Source of the DNA: Vicugna vicugna
Taxonomy: Eukaryota
Direction of reading: 5' to 3'
Assembly: GCA_013265495.1 (NCBI GenBank)
Contig: MU058365.1
Location: 248,001-312,000, forward strand
DNA: 64,000 bases
Part shown: positions 20,801 through 33,889 of the stretch, one piece after another
Position numbering within the stretch: position 1 is the stretch's first letter
Layout of the letters: every line of letters begins with the position of its first letter
The notes under the pieces: model-generated
Told to the model about the DNA's origin: nothing
Seen by the model: only the letters and a program-made list of their open reading frames with translations
The model's database searches: none
Translations under genes and position numbers: made by a program

Positions 20801-23800
20801 AGTCCAGACTTAAAGAAAGTGACCATGTAGGTATTTTGGGGAAGAATGTGCCAGACAGAGGGAACAGTGTGTGCAAAGACCCTGCGGTGGGTATATACCT
20901 GGCATAGTAGAAGAATGGCAAGGAGGCCACGGTGGCTAGAGTGGAGTGTCTGTGTTTCAGGGTAGCAGGGTACAAGATCCGAGAGGTAAGGGGGGTGTCC
21001 GGCTGTCATATGACTGGCTTTTACTTTGAGGGAAGTGAGAAAGCCACTGGAGGGTTTTGAGCAAAGGATTGATGTGGTCTGACTGTTTTATAGAATCACT
21101 CTGGCCGCTATATTGAGAATAGATGGAAGAAGGATAGGGGCAAAAGCCAGGGCTGAAGCTGGGAGACTAACTGAGAAGCTTGTCCAGGGTGGGAGCAGTC
21201 AAAGTGGTGAGAAGCCGTCGAGTTTTTGAAGGTAGAGATGATAGGATTTGCAGACTGGATACGAAAGAAGGAGGAGTCTGGGATGACTCCAGGGATTATT
21301 AAAAGGATGCCCAGTTTAAAGTCTGCTGTGCACTCAGGTCTGTAGGCATTCAGAACAAGAATCCAAATTCCCTTCCCTTCAAGGAGGTTAAAGTCCAGTT
21401 GCTGAAGGAAGACTTTACACGTGGCAACATGCTATGGGAAAACTTACTGTTTAATACTTCAGGCACGTTAAGAATGACAGAGGAAGGAGTCTGTGGAATG
21501 GATTAGGCTGGGAAGGCTTCAAGGAGGAGGTGGGACTGAAACTGTCTTCAGAGTATCAGTAGGAAGTGGCGAGGCTGAGAGGAGACATTATTAAGCAGAA
21601 GTGAAAAAACAGGGACAGGAATGACGTGAGTGGGACTTCCTGCCTGAAACAGAAGGTTCGTGCTAGTGAGTCGTGGGAGATAACACAGGGGTAGCAGACA
21701 TTCAGGCCATGTGGCAGTGTTCAGATTTGAGGGCAGAAATGGTTGGGCCCCATTAGAAGGTGTACATACATCTCAAGGACAAGAGTTCTTGGGAAGAGAA
21801 GTGTCACCTAGGTGTTGTGTCCCTGGTCCCTCCCAGGGGCCCCTCCCACTTTGCAGCCTCCTCTCCTCACAGCCGCCTTGTGACTGGGTTTCGGATCCTT
21901 ACGGCCCCAGCACACACTTGTCTCTTGCCTCACTCCATGGCTTCCTGTCTGGCAGGTGCCACTTCTCCACTTTCAAGCAGTGCCAAGAGTGGCTCTCGCG
22001 GCTAAGCCGGGCCACGGCGAGACCTGCCAAGCCTGAGGACCTCTTTGCCTTTGCCTACCATGCCTGGTGCCTGGGGCTGACCGAGGAGGACCAGCACACC
22101 CACCTGTGTCAGCCAGGTGAGGCCAGGCTGTTTTCTTTAGGAGGCTGCTTCTCTCTTGCTTCTCATCTCTCTTCCACCCTGGACATGGTGTCCTGGGACA
22201 CTGACCGGCGTGACATGGTGTCCTGAGACGCTGACCAGCGTGGGGGCTTTGTTGCAGGAGAGCACATCCGATGTCGGCAGGAGGCTGAGCTCGCGAGGAT
22301 GGGCTTTGACCTGCAGAACGTCTGGAGAGTCTCGCACATCAACAGCAACTACAAGTGAGAGGGCAGGGGGTGGGGAGCCCAAACACCAGGCCGGACCCGG
22401 ACGTCCTCCACATGGGGACCGAGCACAGTGGGCGCAGCCCCTGGCTCTGTGAGGAAGGAGGGCTCCTGGTCCCTCTTCCCACAAAGCCATCCCTGGGGAT
22501 CTTGTTATCACATGTCTTTGAGCAAGCTTGGTGACCCCATCTGCTCTCTTCTCAGACTGTGTCCCAGTTACCCCCAGAAGCTGCTGGTTCCCGTGTGGAT
22601 CACAGATAAAGAGCTGGAGAACGTGGCTTCCTTCCGCTCCTGGAAGCGGATCCCCGTGGTGGTGTATAGGTGAGGCAGTGGGGAACGGGAGGGAGGGAAT
22701 CAATTTTTATGCAAGGAGGAGAGTCAAAAGTGGAGGTGTGCGGCAGCATGGTTAACTGGGAATTGATACTCTTCAGGGAAGTGGCTATGAAATAATTTTA
22801 AAACAAAAACTACCTCCATTTTTTTCCCCTAAGGACAAGGCTTTTGGGGCCTTTATTTATTTTTCTTTTCTTTTCTTCTTTTTTTTTTTTTTTTTTGAGG
22901 ATGTGTGTGTGTGTGTGTGTGTGTTAACTATTGCATTAGAATAGGGGTTGGCAAACCTTGGCCTGTGAACCAAATCTGTCCTGTTGCCTGTTTTACATAC
23001 AGCCTGTGAGCTGTAAAAGGGTTTTACATTTTTAAGAGGTTATTTTTAAAAAGAAAACTTAGAAGAATGTGTGGCAGAGGCTGGCTATGACTCCCAAAGC
23101 CAAAAAATTTATTGGTCGGTTCTTCACCAAGAGCGTTTGCCGACCCCTGTGCTAGAATGCAGCAGCAAACAGTGAGGCGGGTAGTAGCAGTGAGGTTTGA
23201 ATTGTTCACAATCTGGGCTCGGGCTTGTTCTCTTGCTGGGTGTCTGTACCTGGAACAGGTGCTGTGCAGCTCTGATGAGTCAAAGTCACCTTGGGAATGC
23301 GGAGCCCATTTGAGAAATGTGTGTGACAGTGCTTTGTAAACTGTAGAGCCCTCTAACGAGGTTAAGGGCTTTTGGTTGCTATCATTATGGCCTGGGTGAT
23401 CTGGTGGCCCCTGTTGGCTCTGGAGATCTTGGTCTGGCCCCCTGGGGTCTCTCGGTAGGCCTCCAGGGGCTGCAGATGCCAAAGGCATAACGGTTTATTC
23501 TGTTCTGTCAGACACCTCCGCAACGGGGCTGTCATCGCCCGCTGCAGCCAGCCCGAGATCAGCTGGTGGGGCTGGCGCAATGCTGACGATGAGTACTTAG
23601 TCACATCCATCGCCAAAGCCTGTGCCCTGGACCCAGGGACCAGGGCCCCTGGTGGCTCCCTCAGCACTGGGAATAGTGATGCCAGCGAGGCCTGTGACAC
23701 TGACTTTGGTAAGGTGTGGCTGGTGCTGGGCCCTCGGGAAGTAGGCCCCCACCTTGGTCTCCTTGGCTCCTAGGGAATCCCAGTGAGGGTGGAAAGAAGA

Positions 23801-26800
23801 TGACAACACGTAGGGTTTCTGGGTCCCTGCCTTTTGGGAGGTGGAGGGGTGTGAGGGGTCTCTGGCTGTGCGCTCCTTGGAAAGGGTGTGCCCCAGGGTA
23901 GGGTGAGCCTAGGCAGCTGACCCGACCAGGTCCTCACCCTGCTGTGTGTGTATTTAGATTCCTCCTTGACTGCGTGCTCTGGGGTGGAGAGCACAGCCGC
24001 CCCGCAGAAGCTGCTGATCCTGGATGCCCGATCCTACACGGCGGCTGTGGCCAACCGGGCCAAGGGTGGAGGCTGTGAATGCGAAGGTACCGCTGTGACC
24101 CCAGGGTCCGCAGCCAGCCTGTGCGCTGTTGGCTGTGGTGAGGAGGGGGCTGGGAGCAGCTCGTGTAGTGAGAAGAGCCAAACAAACCTGGCCTGGGATC
24201 AGGACTCTGCCACTTACTGGCTGGGACTATGCTTGAGTTGCTTCATCTAAGTTTTATTTTCTCATCTGTAATGTGGGGATAAAAACATGCCTGGCCACGT
24301 TGTTGGAAGATTGGAGGTTACATACATAAAGTTATTGGCACAGAGCAGCTACTGTTTGTTGAGGATTTACTATACATTGTCATGACTTGGCCATCATTTG
24401 TCATTAGTGTTATCATTACCACTATTAGTACATGGGACTTGAGCGTCCAGAGGTAAAAGGGTAATTGAGATTTTCAGAGTGTATTTAGTTGCCATCCTGG
24501 AGTGCTCTGCCCTGCCAGGGTGGCTTTGCCCGCTGGGCCTGCTCTTGTCCTGGATGCCTGTTTCCAGGACATTCTCTGATGGTCATACTCTCTTCTGCGT
24601 CGGCAGAGTACTACCCCAACTGTGAGGTCATGTTCATGGGAATGGCCAACATCCATGCCATCCGGAACAGCTTCCAGTACCTCCGCGCTGTGTGTAGCCA
24701 GATGCCTGATCCCAGCAAGTAGGTGTTCCCTGCTCCGATTCCTTCATCCCTTGGCCAGTGCTTCTTGTTCTTGGAAGGTCTGTGGGAAGATGGGAAGTGT
24801 GGAGGTACAGGAGACCTGAGGGTCCGGGTGCAGTGGGCCAGTTCCAAGAACACTTCTACTGCTCAGCCAACGCTTCGGCACGGCCACAGGATACTGGGTT
24901 CCTTTTGTTTGGATTAGTTGTCATACTCAGAGAACACAGAGAACTTGGGGGAGGAAGTGGCAAAATGTGCATGTGACACTTCCCATCTCCTCCGTTGATC
25001 CTGAGTCTCCTGTCGCCTCAGGTCCTGTCTTCCCTGCCCTCCTGCTAGATATCTCTTGGCAGAAAGGCCGCGGGCTGGCTGTGGGCTACAGCTCTCACTG
25101 GGGACTTTGTTAAGGTGTGGCTGCCCGTGGGTGGTGGAGAGATGATTGTAGCCTCGGTTCCCTGAGTGACAGACTCGATCTCTGCTCCGGTGTAGCTGGT
25201 TGTCGGCTCTGGAGAGCACCAAATGGCTGCAGCACTTGTCGGTGATGCTGAAGGCGGCTGTGCTCGTGGCTAACACGGTAGACCGGGAAGGCCGGCCTGT
25301 GCTGGTGCACTGCTCAGACGGCTGGGACCGGACGCCGCAGATTGTAGCCCTGGCTAAGATACTGCTGGACCCGTATTACAGGACTTTGGAGGTATTGAGA
25401 GGGGTTGGGTGGGAAAGAGCCAAGGGAGAGGTGGCTGGGGAGGGTGCTGGGCCCACTGGATCTGTCTAGGGGATCTTTCAGTAGAGGACATTGGTGGCTT
25501 TGCGTCTTCTTGTAGGGTCAGGCCTGTTCCTCTCTGAAGCTGCCAGCTCCCTGCTTCGGGTGTCCCTGGGGAGGAGCACCGTAACCTTTCCAGAAAGGCC
25601 CTGCACTTAACCTCTCTCTTCTTTGCAGGGCTTCCAAGTGTTAGTTGAATCTGACTGGCTGGATTTTGGACACAAGTTTGGAGACCGCTGTGGCCACCAG
25701 GAGAATGCAGAGGACCAGAACGAGCAATGCCCTGTGTTCCTCCAGTGGCTCGATTCTGTTCATCAGCTGCTCAAGCAGTTCCCCTGCCTGTTCGAGTTCA
25801 ACGAAGCATTCCTGGTAAGTCTGAAAGCCCGCGAGCAGGCTGGGGCTGGGGCTGGGGGCTGGGGGCTGGCGGCCCGCGGCGCCCGGTGCAAGCCGTCCTG
25901 GCCGTGCAGGTCAAGCTGGTGCAGCACACGTACTCCTGCCTGTACGGCACGTTCCTGGCCAACAACCCCTGTGAGCGAGAGAAGCGCAGCATCTACAAGC
26001 GGACCTGCTCGGTGTGGGCCCTTCTGCGAGCGGGCAATAAGAACTTCCACAACTTCCTCTACACGCCGGGCTCAGAGGCGGTAAGTCCGGACCCCGACCC
26101 TGTCGGTGCGTCTGGGGGACCCGGAGGGAGAGCCGGCCGAGTCAGCGGGAAGGACGCAGGGCCAAAGGCTGAGAGGGAAGAGGGGCCTGAAACATCTCAC
26201 AGAACACGCGTGTGGGGCTGCTCGCCTAGGTCCTGCACCCCGTGTGCCACGTCCGGGCCCTGCACCTCTGGACAGCTGTTTATTTGCCGGCGGCATCTCC
26301 GTGCACACTCGGGGAGGAGAACATGGACCTGTACCTCTCCCCGGTGGCTCAGAGCCAGGAGTTCTCTGGCCGCTCCCTGGACAGGTAAGAAGAGCCCTTC
26401 TCGTTCTCCTCTCTCTCCCCACCAGGAAGGCAGGAGCTGCTTTGGGTCTTGCCTAAATGCTGGTCTCTTTTTTTTATGGGATATTTTAAAGCAGTTTCTT
26501 GAGCCAGTTGAAGGAGAAACTTGGCCCAGGACTCATGGCTAGCTTAGAGTGCACGCTGTGTGTTTTCAAGGTCCCCTGGGAAGATAAGAGTGGTTACCTT
26601 TTTTCCAAGCTGCTGTCACCCTTCGTGACGTACCCAGGGCAGAGGAGAGCAGAACAGAAAGGACTATTTCAGGAAGGTTTGTGGGAATGGGCTTGACTTA
26701 CGTTCACCGGGAAGGCGTGGGGAGCTTGCTGTCTTAGTCATAACCTTTGCTATGTCCAACAGGAGCTTCCAGAAGCACCTGGCTCTCAGGGAAATGGGTT

Positions 26801-29800
26801 CCCAGTAGGGGAATGGCCTTCACATTACTCCTCAGAATTGAAAGGGAGACATAAAAATGAAAGTCATCCTCTGGCTGAATATTTGGGGGGAAGTAGAATA
26901 CAGATTGGTTAAATTATAAGAGCAATATCTGTTCTTTACTAAAAAACAAAGTCAAACGATATAAAAGTAGAAAATGACAGCCCTGCCTCCCTGAGCCTTG
27001 TCCCCACAGGTGTCCACTGTGGGCACTTTGGTGACTGCCCTTCCAGGTGTTTATCTCTACGTGGCACACTCATTTACAGATGTTTTTTTAAAACACAAAA
27101 AATGAATCATATTTTGCACACTGGTCTGCAAACTGTTTTCCACACTTTGTGTTAGGATGTCACCCCATGACAGCACATATAAAGCTGCGTTATTGTTTTT
27201 AGTGGCTGCATAATAGTCCAAAATTAGAGTATATCACAATTTATAAAACCAGCTTGCAACTGGTCGTTTAGGTGGTTTCCTTTTTTTTTTTTTTAAATCG
27301 TTACAGGGGTGTTTCAGTCAACATTCTCATATGTGTATCTTTTAAAAAATTTTGGTGAAATACACACACTGTTTACCATCTAAGCCATTTTTAAGAGTAC
27401 AGTTTAGTAGTATTACCTTACATGTATACTTTTGCATCTGTGCTAGTATTTCTGCCAGATAAATTCCTAGAAACGACCATGCTGGGTTCAGCGGATAGGT
27501 GCATTTCAAATTTTGATCTTTGTTTACTGGTGGAAGGTTTTTAAAATTAAAATATAACTTTTATAACTGGTTGAGTATTATAAAGGAAAACAAAACACCC
27601 AACTCCCTAAATGATTGGTTTTAGGATCTTTCGAGCTGAGCCCATTGTCAGGGGCCTATGGATAGGTTGCAGGAATTCTGAGAGTTTCTCCCTCCCCGAG
27701 TTACGCGGAATTTGGGTATAGGTTCATAAGTTTGCTTTTCCAGGGAGAGGTGCCGTAACTTTGTATCAGATTCTCGATAAGTTCTATGACCCATTTAATA
27801 ACCATTGCTTTAAATCCGTATCTAATTTTTCAAATCAATAAATGTTTCTTAAATGCCTACAGATTGCCTAGTACTGCACTAGGTTTTATGGGCTGTACCA
27901 AAGACATAGATGATATTGATCCTATTTAAGATACTTTTAAAAAGCTGTAAGATGAGACATAGGACAACTAGAGAACAGTTCTAAGTTAGCATTTGAGTGA
28001 GTAAGAATGTGTGTAGTTCAAAGCTATTAGAGAACTAAGGAAGAAAGAGGTCATTTCGTGACTGTTTACTCTAGAGAAGTTTTCATGGAAGACCAGGCAG
28101 GAACCATGGCTTTTCTGTGTCCCTGGTATCTGGCTCGGGGCCTGGCACATAATAGGTGCTTTAGTAAATGCTTAAACAAACAAACAAATGGGTGGAATAA
28201 AGGGAGCTTGGCAACAAGGTTAGTGGAAAGGGGTCCAAAGGAATTGGATATGTGAGAGAGATTTAAAAAAAAAAGAGAGAACAACAACCACCTCTCTGGA
28301 GCCGGCAGGGGTTGGGAAGGGGCTATTTTGAGGACTAAAAAGAAATAAACAAACGATAGCTCATTGAGGGCTTTAAACATTGAGGAGTTTATTTTGATTC
28401 AGCTGTTAATAGCAAGTCATTGTATGAAGTCATCGTGACCTGGGATTTTTGGAGAATTAATCAGTGAGCGGGGAAGTTGGAGGCACAGAGACCAGCCAGC
28501 ACTGCTGAGATTCAGATTTGAAGGGAGGAGTCCTGGGAAAGGAGAAAAAGTTAAATCCAGACATTGTGGAGAAGGCATTAGCAGTCTGGAGTTGACGGAG
28601 TGTTGGAGGGTAGAAGTTGAGAGTAAAGATGACAGTCAGGGGTAGGTCCCAGGGTTCCCAGCTCAGAAACCAGGAGGGTTATTAGTACCACCTATAGACA
28701 CACAGAAGGTGGGAAGACGAGGCAGTTCAGGGAGAAAGAGGAGACACAGGCAGGCTGGGATTGAAATATTAGTTGGCAGCAAAGAGGGGGTGTGCTGTAG
28801 GCAGTTCAAGATGGAGTTGGATTTAGAGGAGAAATGGTACAAAGGTTTTAAAGGAAATGGTTTCTCTAACAGCTGACCTGATTTACCTTTGGTTCTACCT
28901 TTCCCTAGATCACAAATGTCTGGCTCTCTTTCTTTTTCCATTAAAGTCCAACACGTTCTTCTCTGCCCAGCCCAACCCTACCGTCTCTGTGTAACCTTCC
29001 CTGACCACGTTAGCTGGATGAGTGCTCTCATGGTTCCGTGCCCCTCAGGCGTTCCTGTCTCTGGCAGCTCTGTTAATTAGAGCTCTGGTGCACACGGGAA
29101 TCAGCAGTGGAGGATGGCAGATTGTTGATACTATTGAATCTGGATAAAGAGTACATTGGAGTTCTTCATACTCTTCTCTCTACTTCTTTTGTATGTTTGA
29201 AAAGTTTGCAAAATAAAAAATAAAACAAAAAAAGAGAAAAGCTAAGAAGTTGCCAAGCTGAGATGCAAGCTCTGTCTGTGGGACTCCAGAGGCTGTAAAC
29301 ATAACCATAGTTACTGCCTTCCTGGGATTTGTTAACCACCCGCCACCCCCAATCAAACACAAAAATACTTTTTAAAAAGTATTAGTAAATTTCAAAAAGC
29401 AAACACTGAAAAAAAATGAGCTGTACTGTAACTCTCCCTTTGAGGGATTTTTCTGTATGGGCTGGACTGACTGGGGCATCTGAAAAAGGGAGTCTAGTGA
29501 AGTCTGTTTCCTGGCAAATTTCCCCTCAAGTTTTTGTTGCCCGTGGCACTTCTGAACTGTGCTAAAAACCAGGGCAGTCATTCTTGAAAATGTCTGTCAT
29601 CCATTTGGTGTGCGTGAAACTCTGAGAGCTGTGTACGAGGGCAAGTTGCCATGGTAACTTGGGATTTGGAGGAGCACATTGCCGCTAAGTGGTTGTAGAA
29701 AGCTGTGTTGGCTACTACTGTTATGGAGGGATAATTTATAATAAGGAATGTTGTAAAAATGAGGAGCTGTGAGTGTAGTCTTTAATAAGTTTGTGGTTGG

Positions 29801-32800
29801 TTGCCTATATTTTGAATCCTCATAGCATCTCTGCAAGGGAATTTATTGTCATTTTACAGAGGAGAAAAACCAAGTGTCTGAGGTTAAATCGCTAAGTTGT
29901 CACATAGCTAATCAGTGTCAGAGCCAGTATCGTCCAGCGTCAGAACCCACCTTTTTTCTGCCTTGCCATGTGCGACTAGGTTTGAGACCGAGATGTAGTC
30001 CTGGCGGGAACACTAGCTTTAGAAGGCATCAGCTTAGAAGGCAGTGGGAGCCACGGGAGTGGTTGAGATCGCCAGGGAGACCGTGTAGGGTGAGACTAAT
30101 GAAGCTGAGGACAGAGCCCAGGTTCTTGAGAGCAGGGTTCATGTCCTGCACTTTCTGCAGAACAGACGTTTTCCAGTGACCATTTGTAATTATTTGTAAT
30201 CTGAAATGTTGTTTCCTGTGAATTCTGGCTTTGATTGCTTTGATGACTTGATTCTCTGTATTGGAGGGAGCTCCCATTCCCTGACTTGGTGATGCTGTGT
30301 TGTCATCCTAGATTACCTAAAACGAGATCTATGGATGATCTTCTTTCTGCCTGCGACACAAGCAGTCCCCTGACACGCACATCCAGTGACCCCAACCTGA
30401 ATAACCACTGTCAGGAGGCCAGAGCGGGCCTGGAGGCCTGGCACGGCAATCCTGAGGGATCGGAGACCACCTTCGTGGAGTCCGGGGCAGGAGGTCCTCA
30501 GCAGACTGCAGGAGAAGTGGGTCTTCCTCCCTCTCAGCCCAGCAGCCAGAAAGACTACTTGAGCAATAAACCTTTCAAGAGTCACAAAAGCTGTTCCCCG
30601 AGTTACAAACTGCTTAATGCCGCCGCGCCCCAGGAAACGAGGAGCAACACCCCTGATCTGGAAATCAAAGTCCTGGAAGAGACGAAGGCACCAGCTCCAG
30701 ACCCGCCCACCCAGGACGAGCTGGGTAGGACTTTAGATGGCACACAGGAGCCACCCAAACCTCGTCCTGAGAAAGCAGCTGTCCGTGCGCTCTCTAAAGT
30801 CATTGCCAACAAGGGTGATGGAATCTGTGATTTTCCTGAGTCTTCCCAGGACTCCCTTCCAGGTGCCCCCCAGCAGGCCCAGCCAGACTCTGGGCTGGGT
30901 GTGCCCTCCAGGTGTGCCCCAGATCACAATCTGGGCACCCTTTGCAACCCACCGAGTGCTACCTGCCAAAATCCTCCAGACCCAAGTGCTGACTTTCTCA
31001 ACCAAGACCCCCCAGGGTCTGTGGCAAGTATCTCCCACCTGGAAGAGCCCAGTTCTATGCCAGATCTGATTCACGGGGAGGAAGACACGGGCAGGAGAGG
31101 GAGTAACAGGAATGGGCAGTTACTGGAAAACCTTCGCTTTGGGAAAGTACCGTTGGAATTGGCCCGAAAGCCAATTTCTCAGAGCCAGATTAGTGAGTTC
31201 TCTTTTTTAGGGTCCAACTGGGACAGCTTCCAAGGGATGGTGACCTCATTCCCAAGTGGGGAGACTACCCCTCGGCGGCTTCTTTCCTATGGCTGTTGTA
31301 GCAAGAGGTCGAGCAGTAAGCAGGTGCGCGCAACAGGGCCCTGCTTTGGGGGCCAGTGGGCTCAGAGAGAAGGGGTGAAGTCACCAATCTGTTCTAATCA
31401 TTCCAATGGACACTGTACTGGTCCAGGAGGGAAAAACAACCGGATGTGGTTGTCCGGTCACCCCAAGCAGGGCTCCAGTATGAAGCCTGTTCCACTGAGC
31501 TGCCCTTCTCCAGTGCCTCCCGTCTACCTGGATGATGATGGACTGCCCTTTCCCACGGATGTGATCCAGCACAGGTTACGGCAGATTGAGGCAGGGTACA
31601 AGCAAGAGGTGGAGCAGCTACGTCGACAGGTGCGTGAGCTTCAGATGAGGCTGGATATCCGTCACTGCTGTGCCCCGCCAGCAGAGCCTCCCATGGACTA
31701 TGAGGATGATTTCGTAAGTACTCACCTGTTGCCGTCCAGCTGCTCATTTAGCCTCTCCATCCAGCCTTCCATCCGTCCCACAGCCATCCTCTGGGTACTT
31801 GCTGTGTGCCGCTGAGTTAGGTGGTTGGGCTGTAGGATGAAAGTCCCTGCTCTCAAGGAGCTCACGGTCTGTTGGGAGAGATAGGCAAACAGCTAAGAGT
31901 GCTGTTCTTAAGCGTTCTGACTGAGGGAAGCATTAGGTGTTGGGGGCCAGCGTGGAGTGAAAGGTCAGGGAAGGCCCTCCTGAGAAGGTAAGGCTTGAGC
32001 TGAGTGCTGAAGAACGTGTCACTTTTGGCTTTGTGGATGCCATTCGCAGGAGTATGGAGGCAGCAGGTGCTCCTTGAATAAAGGGCTGTGTGTGTGCGCG
32101 TGTGCATGCGTGCACACTTGTGCTGGGCCTGTGCGGGAGGGAGCTGGGTACTGCGGTGGGAGGTGATATTGGGAAATAGAAAGGGATTGGAAGGGTCCCC
32201 TTGAGTGCCCTTCTTGTATGGGTTCTACCTTCAGGGCAATAAAAGTTTTGGCGAGTGAGTAACATGATTGCATTTGTATTTAAGAATACTATCCTAGCAA
32301 TGGTGTGTCATGTGGATGAGGCAGTTGGAACCCAGGTTAGGAGGCCGGTTAAGAGGTTTTGGAATAAGGTGAGAGACGATGAGGACCATCTAGGCTTCGC
32401 TGTGTGGAGAGGGCTTGGGTTCTGGCACAGCGGTCCTTGGGGAGCTTCTAGGAACCAGCTCTCGGACAGTCCCACTTGCCTGCTGCCCACTTCTCTGCTG
32501 GTGGGATGGTCAGGGCTGACAGCTTCTTACTATTCAAGGTGACGATTTAGAACAGGGGTCAGCAAATTTGCTTGGTAAAGGGCCAGATAGTAAATGCTTT
32601 AGACTCAGTCTCTCCTGCAGCCACGAGGCTCTTTGTTGTAGCACAGAAGCAGCCATAGGTAATGTGTAAATGAATTGAGTGTGGCTGTCTTCTAATAAAA
32701 CTTGACTACAGAAACAGGCCGTGGGCCAGATTTGGCCTGTGGGCCATAGTTTGCGAAGTCCTGGTTTGAATGTAACAGGAGAAGTACTCTCTCCATACTG

Positions 32801-33889
32801 TGATACAGCATGTTGGTTAAGAGCACGGGTCTGAAGCCAGAATGCTAGGTCCAAATCCCAGGTTTACTACCCATCAGCTCTTAACTCTCTCTGTGGCTTA
32901 GTTTCCTTCTTTGTAAAACGGGGATAATAATAGCATATACATCATAAGACTGTTGTGAGGAACTAAGTAATTTCATGCATGTCATGCACTTAGCGCCTGA
33001 CACTTGGTCAACAGTAAATGTGATGATGAACGTTTTGAGGAGCAGTGATGTCTTTGCATTCTCTTCAGACGTGTTTGAAGGAGTCAGATGACAGTGATAC
33101 AGAAGATTTTGGCTCTGATCACAGTGAAGACTGCCTTTCGGAAGCAAGCTGGGAACCTGTTGATAAGAAAGAGACTGAGGTATGTCCAGACTAATTGTGT
33201 GGTGGGTACTTAGGCAAGCTGGTGAGTTCTCATATTTCTCAGAGATGAGTGTCGTGCTGTCCCCAGCTGAGTCTCTCTGGAGGCAAGTAGTGGCCGCCTA
33301 AGCCTTGTCATTGTCTTCTGGGCTGCTTTCCTTATTGCAGTGTTGGTCTTCCACTTTGTTGACTAGGACCTGGAACTTTTCCTTGTGCCTTCTGTTAGGT
33401 GACTCGCTGGGTTCCAGACCATATGGCATCACATTGCTATAACTGTGACTGTGAATTCTGGTTGGCCAAACGCAGACACCATTGCAGGTAAGATGTTTTA
33501 CAGGATTCAGTATGGCTCGTGAAGCCATCCTGAGGTACACTGACATGAACTAAACTGAATTAATCTGAAACTGGAGACATCTTTATAGGAACAAGTTTTG
33601 TTTTCTCCCAACTTTTCTCTTTATTTACTCATGTAAGGCCTTTTTAGAGCATCGTTCATTCTCAGTGTATGGGCATTTCTGATGAACTCTTCCCTCTCTG
33701 TGCTTTGGCAGAAATTGTGGGAATGTATTTTGTGCTGGCTGCTGCCACCTGAAGTTGCCCATTCCTGATCAACAACTCTATGACCCAGTTCTCGTCTGTA
33801 ACTCGTGTTACGAACATATCCAAGTATCTCGGGCCAGGGAACTCATGAGCCAACACCTGAAGAAACCCATTGCTACGGCTTCCAGTTGA
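17681..33889 (+). CDS. MTMR4: Myotubularin-related protein 4 (phosphoinositide 3-phosphatase with FYVE domain), 1210 aa isoform
   Basis: Exons: 17681-17725, 19111-19200, 19533-19649, 20172-20254, 21956-22116, 22258-22354, 22556-22669, 23512-23708, 23958-24086, 24607-24718, 25196-25391, 25629-25814, 25910-26080, 26230-26384, 30312-31713, 33069-33179, 33399-33487, 33712-33889 (TGA). All GT-AG and in frame. Catalytic HCSDGWDRT at 25308-25334; PH-GRAM N-terminus; PPxY motif; coiled coil; FYVE (WVPD...RRHHCRNCG). Confidence 0.97.
20520..21300 (-). mobile_element. L2 LINE fragment(s)
   Basis: cattcatttaacacgaatttatcaagcac 3' end in reverse, followed by degenerate L2 body (gaaagccactggagggttttgagca). 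Confidence 0.6.
22182..22241. repeat. 30-bp tandem duplication in an MTMR4 intron
   Basis: gacatggtgtcctgggacactgaccggcgt / gacatggtgtcctgagacgctgaccagcgt, 3 mismatches. Confidence 0.9.
22879..22924. repeat. T18 run followed by (TG)11 microsatellite
   Basis: Read directly. Confidence 0.9.
22942..23149. mobile_element. MER58-like hAT-Charlie MITE
   Basis: TIRs (t)aggggttggcaaac ... gtttgccgacccctg, flanked by related 8-mers cattagaa / tgctagaa. Confidence 0.75.
32553..32763. mobile_element. MER58A-like hAT-Charlie MITE
   Basis: caggggtcagcaaa...gtaaagggccagatagtaaat...gggccagatttggcctgtgggccatagtttgc; terminal inverted repeats visible. Confidence 0.75.
32795..33010 (+). mobile_element. MIR SINE
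   Basis: tggttaagagcacgggtctg...agtttccttctttgtaaaacggggataataatag...ttgtgagg core. Confidence 0.65.
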
